Below, piece by piece: positions 55,754 through 64,000 of a DNA stretch of 64,000 bases (positions are counted from its first letter, which is position 1; each line of letters starts with the position of its first letter). The notes beneath the pieces were generated by a model. It made no database searches. It was not told the origin of the DNA and worked only from the letters and a program-made list of their open reading frames with translations. The position numbers and the translations under genes were made by a program. This stretch comes from an uncultured Planctomycetaceae bacterium (GTDB lineage Bacteria > Planctomycetota > Planctomycetia > Isosphaerales > Isosphaeraceae). The stretch lies in the NCBI GenBank assembly GCA_963833985.1, contig CAWIAD010000001.1, positions 608,001-672,000 of the forward strand, given 5' to 3'.

Positions 55754-56494
55754 TCAATCCAGGAACGTGCGGATGGCGATTCCCGCGCGATCGAGCGCCT
55801 GGCGGATTCGATCCGCATTCGCCACCGCCGCCGGCTCATCGCCATGAATGCAGAGAGTGGCGACGCGCTTATCGGCCACCAGGCGGACGACCTGTTGCTC
55901 GATCTCGGCCGGATCGTGCAGCACGGCCCCCGGCTCGGTGCGCGGAACCAGGGCGCCGCGGGCATCATAGCGGCGGTCGGGAAATCCTTCAGCCACAAAA
56001 CGGAGGCGATCAGCCCTGGCCAGCCCCTCCAGCAGCGTGTCCGGCTGACCAAGGAGCGGCAGGTGAAGCTGCCGCGCGGCCGCGATCACGCCCCTGGCCA
56101 CCGGCTCCTCGTGCTGTGCCTGGTTGTAAAGCGCGCCGTGGGGCTTGAGGAAACGGACCGAGAGGCCCGCCGCGCGCGCGAGTGTTTGAAGCGCCCCGAC
56201 CTGCTCCAGGATCAGTCGCGTCACTTCGGCCGCACCGATCCGCTGCGCACGGCGACCGAAGTTCGGCCGGTCGGCATAGCCGGGATGTGCGCCGACGGCC
56301 ACGCCGAGTTCCAGCGCCCAGAGCAGAGTCTGGCGAATGCTTGCAGGGTCGCCGGCATGGGCGCCGCAGCCGATGCTGGCCGAGGAAACGCGTTCCAGCA
56401 GCGGTCGGTCGTTGCCGCAGCCCTCGCCCAGATCGGCGTTCAGGTCGATGGTCCCGGTGGAGTGTTCAGCCTGAGGGTTGCAGCGATTCGTCAC
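55754..56494 (-). CDS. pxpA: 5-oxoprolinase subunit A (LamB/YcsF)
   Basis: IDLNADLGEG, HAGD, GAHPGY.DR..FGR, KPHGALYN, TLCIHGD. Start uncertain. Confidence 0.93.
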   Translation of the reverse strand: MTNRCNPQAEHSTGTIDLNADLGEGCGNDRPLLERVSSASIGCGAHAGDPASIRQTLLWALELGVAVGAHPGYADRPNFGRRAQRIGAAEVTRLILEQVGALQTLARAAGLSVRFLKPHGALYNQAQHEEPVARGVIAAARQLHLPLLGQPDTLLEGLARADRLRFVAEGFPDRRYDARGALVPRTEPGAVLHDPAEIEQQVVRLVADKRVATLCIHGDEPAAVANADRIRQALDRAGIAIRTFLD

Positions 56495-57128
56495 GCCGGG
56501 CCTCGAATTCCTTGTGGTCGATGGGATGGAACCGGATGCGATCCCCGGCCCGGATCGGAAAGACTCCGCGCTCCTGATCGGCAATCCTCACCGGCGTACG
56601 GCCCAGCAGATGCCAGCCTCCCGGCGACTCGCGGGGATAGACGCCGGTCTGGCGTCCAGCAATGGCCACCGCGCCGGCGGGTACCCGCAGCCTGGGCTCG
56701 TCGCGCCTGGGAAGTCCGCACAGCTCCCTGGGCAGGTAGCCGGCGTACGGAAAGCCCTGGACAAAGCCAATGGCAAACACATCATAGACGGCGTCCGCAT
56801 GCCTGGCGATCACCGCCTTCGGTTCCAGACATAACTTTGCCGCCACCAGCTCCAGGTCGGGGCCGTCGTACAGCACGGGAATGTCGATGAGCCGGCCCGG
56901 CGGAAGCGCTTCCGCTCCCGGCTCCAGTCGACCCAGCCGCGCTTCGAGAGCCTCCAGGTCTACCAGGTCTGGATCGGCGAAGACCGCGGCCGACCGATAC
57001 GCTAGCACCACATCGGTCACCCCTGCGAGCATCACGGCGCGAACGGCCGCGGCCCAGCGGGCAGCCTCGCGCTCACTGGCGAACTGTGCCAGGAACGCCC
57101 GATCACCCAACGGCTTCAGATCTGCCAT
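56466..57128 (-). CDS. pxpB: 5-oxoprolinase subunit B (AHS1 family)
   Basis: GDRA, IPVLYDGPDL, GFPY, VPAGAVAIAGRQTGVYP..SPGGWHLLGRT. Confidence 0.92.
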   Translation of the reverse strand: MADLKPLGDRAFLAQFASEREAARWAAAVRAVMLAGVTDVVLAYRSAAVFADPDLVDLEALEARLGRLEPGAEALPPGRLIDIPVLYDGPDLELVAAKLCLEPKAVIARHADAVYDVFAIGFVQGFPYAGYLPRELCGLPRRDEPRLRVPAGAVAIAGRQTGVYPRESPGGWHLLGRTPVRIADQERGVFPIRAGDRIRFHPIDHKEFEARRDESLQPSG

Positions 57129-57242
57129 GACACCTCAGCCCTTGCAACCGGAATCTGGCGGGGTTCCCTCCCGCCTCGCGACCGCTAGAATCACCTGGGA
57201 CCTGTACTCTGAGTCTATCGCGTAGGGATCACGGGGGTCATC

Positions 57243-58690
57243 ATGATCCTGGGCACTGTGCTTCTCGCCGGCTCGCTGCTGGCCCTCCAGCCCCCCTCGC
57301 ACATGAGCAAGCCTGGTTCCCGGGCCGAGCGCAAGTCGGCCCCGGCCAAGCTCGAGCGCAAGCCGGCCCCGGAAGCCTGCGAACGCGTCACGCTACGCGA
57401 TGGCTCGGTGGTGCTGGGACTGGTCACCGGCGTCAGCACCGGCCCGCGCGGGGCTGTCGAACTGGTGGTGCGGAGAGATTGGGCGGAAAGTCACCTGAAG
57501 CGCTGGGCCGGCAAGTGGGACGTTTCCATCGAACCTGGCGAACGACTGGCCAGACGGCAGCGACGCGAGCGGCTGGCCGCCTGGAGAGCCGAGCGCGCCG
57601 CCAGTGCTCCCAACGGCGACCGCATCGTCGTCTGGATCGATCAGGAGCTGAAGCGTCTCGAGCAGCCTGCCGCGGGCACGCGCTCGTTCCTTTTACCGGC
57701 GCGTCTGGCCCGAACGGACGTTCGCAGCATCGTCCGCCAGCCGGCGGCGAATACCCGGCTGCTCCAGCTTGGCTGGCTCTGCGGGCTGCCCGACGCTGAG
57801 TCCATGCCACTGGAGGATCTCAAGGACGCACTCGAAAACCGCGGCTTCGTGACCAGCGGCGGCCAGACGCCCTCGCTGGCCGGACTCTTGCCAGCGCTTC
57901 CCGAGCCGGAGCTCGCCTGGCTGGCCCGGGCGCCGCGACCGAGCTGGCCGTCGATCCGGACCTCCGGTTCATCCGCTTCCAGGATATGGTCCTGCCCGAT
58001 GTCAAACCGGGACAGGGCCCGGCCAGCGTGGACCTCTCATCGGCGATCGCCCAGATAACCAGCCTGCTGGATCCTGAGCAGAAGCGGAACGATCCGCTCG
58101 CCGGAGAACTCAAGAAGATTGCCAGTCGAAGCCGGGTTGGAGCCGCCGTGACCCGCCTGGAACTGGCCCCCGATATGAGCCAGGTGAGCGTCGAGGCCAC
58201 CTTCTGGGTCCGCGCCGGGGCCGATCGCTGGGTGCCCTTCAGCACGCGCACCGCGACAGTACGTCCCGATGATGTCCCCGCGAATGCCGGCGCGAACATC
58301 GCGGCCGATCCCCAGGTGCAATCCGCCTTCTCGCTTGTGCAGGCGCTCGGGCTCGGACACCTCGCGCCCGAGCTCAAGGAGCGGAGCCTGAAGATGGGTG
58401 CGGCGACACAGCAAGCTCTGGGCACGGCGCGAGGCGCGCTCAGCCAGGACCTGAACCTGCTGATGCTGCCTGTTTTCGATGCAGCGACGGACGCTCCTGC
58501 GCCGGGCAGCACCCTGGAAGACCTTGAACGGTCAATAGGTCGTAAGGGACCAGCGAGCAGAAGGGCCGGGACGCCGCGTCACGGTCAAGCGTCCACGGCT
58601 TGTGACGGCCACGTAGAGATCGACACCACGCGGTGCTTCTCTACCGCTCAACTCGCTCGTCAGTCGCTCGATCGTGCAAGGGTGAGGTAA
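57243..58690 (+). CDS. Secreted hypothetical protein; frameshift at ~57930, 3' end uncertain
   Basis: Signal peptide; ORFs 57243..58058 and 57986..58690 join via WLARRAATELAVDPDLRFIRFQD with one added base. Confidence 0.7.
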
Positions 58691-59930
58691 GAACTGTAAA
58701 TAATAACGAGCCACAATGATTTCTAGATTCACATTGCTGTCCAGCGAGGCGACGAGAACCTGGAACTGCTCTCCGTGGGACACGGCCATGCGTGCCGGCA
58801 GAGAGCTTGAGAAGCCTTTCCAGTTGGCTCTTGGCCGCGGAATGAGAACCGTGTTGCGGAACTCCAGGCCGATCAGCATCGCCAGCGCAATGACCGCAGC
58901 CGACCGCGTGAAAATGGGCAGCTTTGCCAGCCCCTGCGCAACCAGAATCAAGTAAGCCGGCGCGACGAAAAGCGTGTACCGGGACGGCCCAAAAACCGGT
59001 ACGCCGCAGCAGGAGTATGCGTAGAGCAAGACCGGAGGAACAACCAGCCAGAGGATCAGGCAGGTCGGTCCCGACCAGTCGAAGTCTGACGGTTGCTCGC
59101 GCTGACGACGCGCCAGGCCAAATCCAATCAGCGCAAGGAGCAGGAACAGAGCAGCAAAGTTACCGCCCACGAAGCCGATCGGCGTCCCGAGCAGAAACTT
59201 GATGGGAAGCTGGCCCGAGAGGAATTCGGGATCATGATCCAGATAGTGCCGCATCCAGGGCGTGATCAGCAAACCAGCCGCCCAGTGAACTGCCAGCCAG
59301 ACCCGGAGTCGGCCGAAAAACCTGATGGCGAAAAGCAACGAGCCGAGCGCCAGCGTGCCGGCCATGAGCAGCCCAAGTGGATGGCAGTAGCAGAGTGCGG
59401 CCAGGCCCGCGGCATACACAACAAGCCGGGTACGCGAGCGCCGTTCGCGGAGCGAGAAGAGCCATCCCCAGCAGAAACAGGTAAGCATCGTCAGGAGCGC
59501 ATACATCCTCGCCTCGCGCGAGTAGTAAACCAGCGGCGCGGACACTGCCGCCAGCAGGGCCGACCAGAGACCGGTCGACGCGTCGAAAACCAGCCGGCCG
59601 ATCCAGTAGACCAGTCCCACCGTCAACAGGCCGCAGATCACGCTGAATGACCGCGCCGCGACTTCGGAATGGCCCAGCAGCCTTATCCAGGGCATCAGCA
59701 GCAAGGGATGCAGCGGCGCCCGCGTGGCGTCGGTCTGGAAGAGGCGCTTCGAGAAGGGCCGCGGGCGATGCGGCCCGGGCCAGGTTCATGGTGACGACCT
59801 CGTCATACCAGAAGCAGAGCTCCCCGAGCTTCCAGCAGCGCAATCCCGCGGCCAGGCTCAGAACGAGTGCCAGGACAATCGCCGTGAATCGTCTGCCTTG
59901 CAGGCCAATCATGCCCTGCTTATACAGCAT
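58532..59930 (-). CDS. GT-C (GT39/ArnT-like) membrane glycosyltransferase; frameshift at ~59748
   Basis: FWYDE after TM1, PLHPLLL, SEVAARSFS, YYSREARMYAL. Confidence 0.85.
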
Positions 59931-60331
59931 CACGAGCCGTCTCGTCGACGGTTGCCAGCACCAGCAACCCGGCGCCAGAGGGCTGCTTCGCCCTGGCTGG
60001 CACTCGAGCAAAACCCCATCGGCTCAGCGGTGAGCCGGTTGCCGATGGGGACGGGGCATCCTGCATCCCTGTCGGATGCCCCTCTTTTCCCTTCAGTCCC
60101 CATGGACCTGGCCGGGGATCGAGCACGACCCCTTCCGTCCCCGTAAGTCCGAAGCCTATAGTACACATCGGCGAGGCGCGGGAACGTGAATGGCAGTCAC
60201 TTTCCAGACGGCAAGCCCGCGTATTGTGGCTACATCAAGATTCAAGGCGGCGCTTTGCCCGGCACCAGGTCGGAGGGGAGCCGGCGATGGGGTCGTTTGG
60301 CGAGAACAACGGATTTGGGATCGCGAAATCC

Positions 60332-61001
60332 ATGGCGGGTCAGCCGGGTCGCGACGAGGCCTTCGAGCGAGTCGCAAGAGAGTTTCTAAAGAAGTTCGGG
60401 CTCGATCACGATGACGAATTCGCCACCGTGATCGCCCGCCGCTTCAAGGAAGCCCCCGCGAAGGTCTGCTGCAAGGCGATCGGCAAGTGGATCGACAAGA
60501 AGCTCGTGCACGCGGACTGGACCCAGAACGACCTGGCCGACCGCATTGGAGTGGACCGCTCCAGCGTGGCCAAGTGGACCGCCGGGGGTGCCATCTCGCT
60601 GGCCCACCTGGTGCTGGTTCTACTGGAGTTCCAGAGTGATTTCGTTGACCTCCCGCTGCCGGCGCGGCAAGAGCTGGCGCTGGAGGGCTACCTTGCGGCA
60701 CTCACCCAGGTACGGGCCAGGATCGAGCCCGCGGCGCGTTACGAGCCCATGGACCGCGAACGCTTCTGGTGCCTCTTCCACCTGTTCTCCGAGCCCTTCT
60801 GGGAACAGGCAATCCGCCGAAAGGACTGCGCAGTTGCTGCGGGCCGAGATGGATCGCATCCTTCGCCGCACCGGTGAATCACTCGGCTTTCCGCCCCGCC
60901 GGGTCGTCCAGATCCAGGACCTGACGCGCCTGGTCCAGGAATGGGCGGCCCCGTGGGTCATCTGCCTGGAGCTCCTTCCCGGAGGCTGGTCGATCCGATG
61001 A
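60332..61001 (+). CDS. XRE-family HTH regulator with C-terminal domain; frameshift at ~60828
   Basis: WTQNDLADRIGVDRSSVAKW; continues as AQLLRAEMDRIL to TGA 61001. Start 60287 or 60332. Confidence 0.8.
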
Positions 61002-62110
61002 CGACAAAACTGGATCTCCTGGTGGGATATCTCTCCGGCCGGCAAGGAAAAGCGATCGAGTCGATCCGCCGGGAGCTCGACGACCCTTCCAGCGAGTCGA
61101 GCCGCTGGCTCCTTGCCATGGGGAGACGTTCACGCGAGATCGTGCCCTCGGCCGCGCACGCGGTCGACCCGCCAGTCGCTCCGGCCACGACCACCGCCGC
61201 CATCAGCAAGCCGCGGGCCTGGAAGCGGCTGCTCCTGATCGCCTCCGGTGTGGCCGCCAGCGCGCTGCTCGTGCTGGCTGCCGGGCTGGCCTGGTCCGAA
61301 CACCACGCGCGGTTGCACCGCCTGGAATCGTTGCTCGCCAGCCGCGAGGTGCGCTGGGCCAGGCGATTCGACCGCCTGGACGAGGTCCTCTCCCATCGGC
61401 CGGAAGCCCCGCCGGCAGCGGCGCCCGCCAAGGCGGCCAGGAACGCCGCCCCGCCAGCGCCGGCGACACCGGCGCGGCCGCAGGCCAGGCCCCAGTCCAC
61501 GTTCGATTCCCCCACCATCCTGGCGCTGGCGGCCATCGAGACAAAACTCGGGGAGCTTCAGGAGCGCCTCGGCCAGGCGCCGGTGAGCCCGCAACAGAGC
61601 GATCCGGCCATGGACGATCTGCGCAGGGACGTCGCGCAGCTCCGAAGGGAACTGGAGAGCAGCTTGCAGGTCAGCCGGCAGGAGAACCGCCAGCTTGGCA
61701 TGGCCATCCAGGAGATGGGTCAGTTCCTGAGAGGACTGGCGATGCGCCTCTGGGGGCAAGGGCAGGGGCAGGGGCAGGGGCAGGTGCCGGTGCCGGTTCC
61801 CATGCCTCAGGTCTTTCCCCAGCACCACCGGCCCGGCGGTCAAGCAGGGGCCGCGCTGGTGCCCGGATTGCAGTTTCCGAACCAGCTTCCCGTGCCCGAG
61901 CAAAACGTCCCGAGAGCCGATGCCGGCCAGTTCGGCCAGCAACCCGTCACCCCGGGAACAGGCGGACCCGGTTTCAGCCCCCGGATGCTCAGGCCCGTGC
62001 TCCGGGCTGACCGTGGGCGAAGTTCGGCCAGGGCGCTCAGGGCGCTCGTTCACCACTGTCCGCGTCGTGCGCCTGGCGTTTCCGCAGTCCCGGGTTTGGC
62101 GTCTGCCTGA
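60998..62110 (+). CDS. Single-pass membrane protein with coiled coils and Gln/Gly/Pro-rich tail; 3' end uncertain
   Basis: ATGA overlap with HTH gene; TM LLLIASGVAASALLVLAAGLAW; heptad-rich segments; GQGQGQGQGQ. Confidence 0.7.
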   Translation: MTTKLDLLVGYLSGRQGKAIESIRRELDDPSSESSRWLLAMGRRSREIVPSAAHAVDPPVAPATTTAAISKPRAWKRLLLIASGVAASALLVLAAGLAWSEHHARLHRLESLLASREVRWARRFDRLDEVLSHRPEAPPAAAPAKAARNAAPPAPATPARPQARPQSTFDSPTILALAAIETKLGELQERLGQAPVSPQQSDPAMDDLRRDVAQLRRELESSLQVSRQENRQLGMAIQEMGQFLRGLAMRLWGQGQGQGQGQVPVPVPMPQVFPQHHRPGGQAGAALVPGLQFPNQLPVPEQNVPRADAGQFGQQPVTPGTGGPGFSPRMLRPVLRADRGRSSARALRALVHHCPRRAPGVSAVPGLASA

Positions 62111-63404
62111 GCTCGAGATAATCGAGCAGGTCGTTCTTGAGGTCTCCGTGCGAATCGAAAGCCCGGATCCTGGGCTGAATGGCCCGGTGCCAGAGCACCT
62201 CGGCGCCCTCGCCGTACAGGAAGCAGCCGCCCAGAATCAGGGGGACCAGCCAGCCAGTCCGCCGGCCGGCGGCGGCTATGCCCTCGGCCAGCAACATCAG
62301 GTACGCCGGCACCAGAACCATGAGCAGACGTCCGTGGAACGGGTAGAGATGCAGTCCGGAAGCCGCCAGGGCGATGACCAGCGGCGCGATCAGCAGCCAG
62401 AGGCCGCCCGGCCAGCGTCTGCCCAGCGACACACAGCCGATCAGGGCCAGCAGCGACGCCAGAAGCGCCGTGTAGGGCAGTGCCAGCGGCGCGAGGATGC
62501 TCGCGGGGTTGATGAAGACATTGGCGATCGATTCCGCCACCAGCGACAGCTCCGCGTAGGAACGGGGAGGTAACGGCAGAAATGCGAAGTTCCACCAGAC
62601 CCAGAGAAAGTTGCGCCGGCTCATGATGGAGCGCGACAGCAAGAAGCAGCCCATGAAACTGATCAGCCACGCCAGGCTCATCCCGGCGGCCAGCGCGGCC
62701 GGGCGCCACTGCCTTTCCCTGGCTGCGGTGACGATGCGCAGCAGGCCCACCCCGGCCAGGACATACGCCACCGTGAACGAGAACCAGGGAGCCGCCAGGC
62801 CGAAGCCCGCCAGCAGCGCATCGTGCCCGCGCCCTGGCTTCCCGGCGGGCCGGGTTGCGGCCAGCACCAGCGCGGCGATGGCCAGCACCAGGTCGCAGGA
62901 ATACTGCTTGATCTCGGCGGAGTAGTAGAGCAGGTGATCACCAAGCGCGAACAGGGCCACGGCCCAGGGCACGGCGCGGCGGTCGAGGTAGCGCCAGGCC
63001 GCGGTGCGCATCAGGAAGACCGAGGCCACGCCGCAGACCAGGGGAAAGAACCGGGCTGTCAGCTTGACGTCCAGCGGAACGCACACGAGCAGGCGCTCGA
63101 TGGCCAGAAAACCCGGCGGAGCCATCTGGTCGCCCTGGAGAATCTCGTGAAAATCGAGGACCCCCAGGCCGACGATGTTGTTCAGCAGCGCGGTCTCATC
63201 GATGTAGAGCGGGCGCCGATCCAGATACTCCCAGACTCGCAGGACCACTCCGAGTCCCACCGCCAGCCACGCGAGGTTTTCACAGGTCAGCCTCAGCCGG
63301 AAAGGTGTGGCCAGCCATCCCTGCCATCCCCGGGCGGCGGCTTCAGTCCCGCGATTGAGGGCAGAACCGCTGTCTTCCAATGCTGTGTCTCCGTGGCCTT
63401 CCAA
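62037..63404 (-). CDS. GT-C (GT39-like) membrane glycosyltransferase
   Basis: LYIDE after TM1, APPGFL, YYSAEIKQYS.D, YPFHGRL; many TM helices. Confidence 0.82.
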   Translation of the reverse strand: MEGHGDTALEDSGSALNRGTEAAARGWQGWLATPFRLRLTCENLAWLAVGLGVVLRVWEYLDRRPLYIDETALLNNIVGLGVLDFHEILQGDQMAPPGFLAIERLLVCVPLDVKLTARFFPLVCGVASVFLMRTAAWRYLDRRAVPWAVALFALGDHLLYYSAEIKQYSCDLVLAIAALVLAATRPAGKPGRGHDALLAGFGLAAPWFSFTVAYVLAGVGLLRIVTAARERQWRPAALAAGMSLAWLISFMGCFLLSRSIMSRRNFLWVWWNFAFLPLPPRSYAELSLVAESIANVFINPASILAPLALPYTALLASLLALIGCVSLGRRWPGGLWLLIAPLVIALAASGLHLYPFHGRLLMVLVPAYLMLLAEGIAAAGRRTGWLVPLILGGCFLYGEGAEVLWHRAIQPRIRAFDSHGDLKNDLLDYLELRQTPNPGLRKRQAHDADSGERAP

Positions 63405-63564
63405 CCGGGGGGCAGATCGGTACGGGCCTGCCCCGCGGCGCCGGCGCGGGCAAAGTCGAGGTTGAGCGGGCCTGCTGGTCCGGTTATTTTACAGCATGGA
63501 AGACCCAGGTTGACGAGCCTGCACTGATCGAACCGACGAGCCGACGAGCCGAAAGGGGCCGCTG

Positions 63565-64000
63565 ATGGGCATTTTCTCGGGGAAGAAGGGGATCATCCTG
63601 GGTGTCGCGAACGACTATAGCATTGCCTGGGCCATCACACGCAAGCTCCTGGACGAGGGAGCCGAGCTGGGCTTCACGCACCTGCCCGGCGAGAAGATGG
63701 AGCGACGGGTCCGCAGGCTCGTCGAGCCCATTGGGGCGAAGATGCTGGTCCCTTGCGATGTGCAGAAGGACGAGGACATCATCCGCACGTTCGATACGGC
63801 CGCGGAAACGTTCGGGACGATCGACTTCGTGCTGCACTCGATCGCGTACGCCCCGATCGACGATATCAAGTGCAACTACGTGGATAGCAGCCGCGAGGGT
63901 TTCCGGACGGCCATGGACGTGAGCGTTTACTCGCTGGTGGCCGTGGCCCGGCAGGCCGCCAGGGTCATGACCGAGGGCGGAGCGGTGCTCACGCTCACGT
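63565..64000 (+). CDS. fabI: Enoyl-ACP reductase, 3'-truncated by window
   Basis: ATG 63565: MGIFSGKKGIILGVANDYSIAWAI...PCDV...DFVLHSIAYAP...MDVSVYSL; open to window end. Confidence 0.93.
   Translation, partial: MGIFSGKKGIILGVANDYSIAWAITRKLLDEGAELGFTHLPGEKMERRVRRLVEPIGAKMLVPCDVQKDEDIIRTFDTAAETFGTIDFVLHSIAYAPIDDIKCNYVDSSREGFRTAMDVSVYSLVAVARQAARVMTEGGAVLTLT

Noticed and set aside
54686..56890. 734-aa plus-strand ORF and similar long antisense ORFs (e.g. 22244..23926, 11449..13029)
   Set aside because: Shadow ORFs opposite well-supported genes, expected at high GC.
58532..58690. 159-nt convergent gene overlap
   Set aside because: An out-of-frame TGA at 58525-27 would end the plus gene just before the neighbour; likely another indel.
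61752..61784. G-run repeat GGGGCA with G-quadruplex potential
   Set aside because: Explained by Gly-Gln codons in a low-complexity tail.
62037..62110. Convergent overlap of membrane protein and GT-C gene
   Set aside because: An out-of-frame TGA at 62008-10 suggests an indel artefact.

Overview
GC-rich bacterial window, most likely from a planctomycete (inferred from the long Zn-ribbon signal peptidase I, mfnB, a DUF1559-like domain, a kinase-NTPase fusion and two ECF/anti-sigma pairs). It holds about 50 protein-coding genes: housekeeping (gap-pgk, fabI, lepB, pxpBAC, M16 protease pair, mntH-USP), a complete moxR-DUF58-bat operon, secreted carbohydrate and ester enzymes, and membrane glycosyltransferases. 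I saw no rRNA, tRNA, CRISPR array, transposase or integrase. At least 12 genes, including gap, are split by 1-2 nt indels, often in homopolymers, which points to an unpolished long-read assembly rather than pseudogenes. Main candidates for novelty: (1) a lower-GC HigBA-like cassette (16.76-17.87 kb) with an extended antitoxin and two related N9-spaced palindromes over its promoter; (2) a DEDDh exonuclease-WYL fusion upstream of a DUF6580-like transporter and mfnB; (3) an ECF partner fusing an anti-sigma-like N-terminus to a DUF1559/H-X-DG-like domain; (4) an XRE regulator translationally coupled to a membrane coiled-coil protein. All family calls come from motif recognition by eye; no database searches were run.
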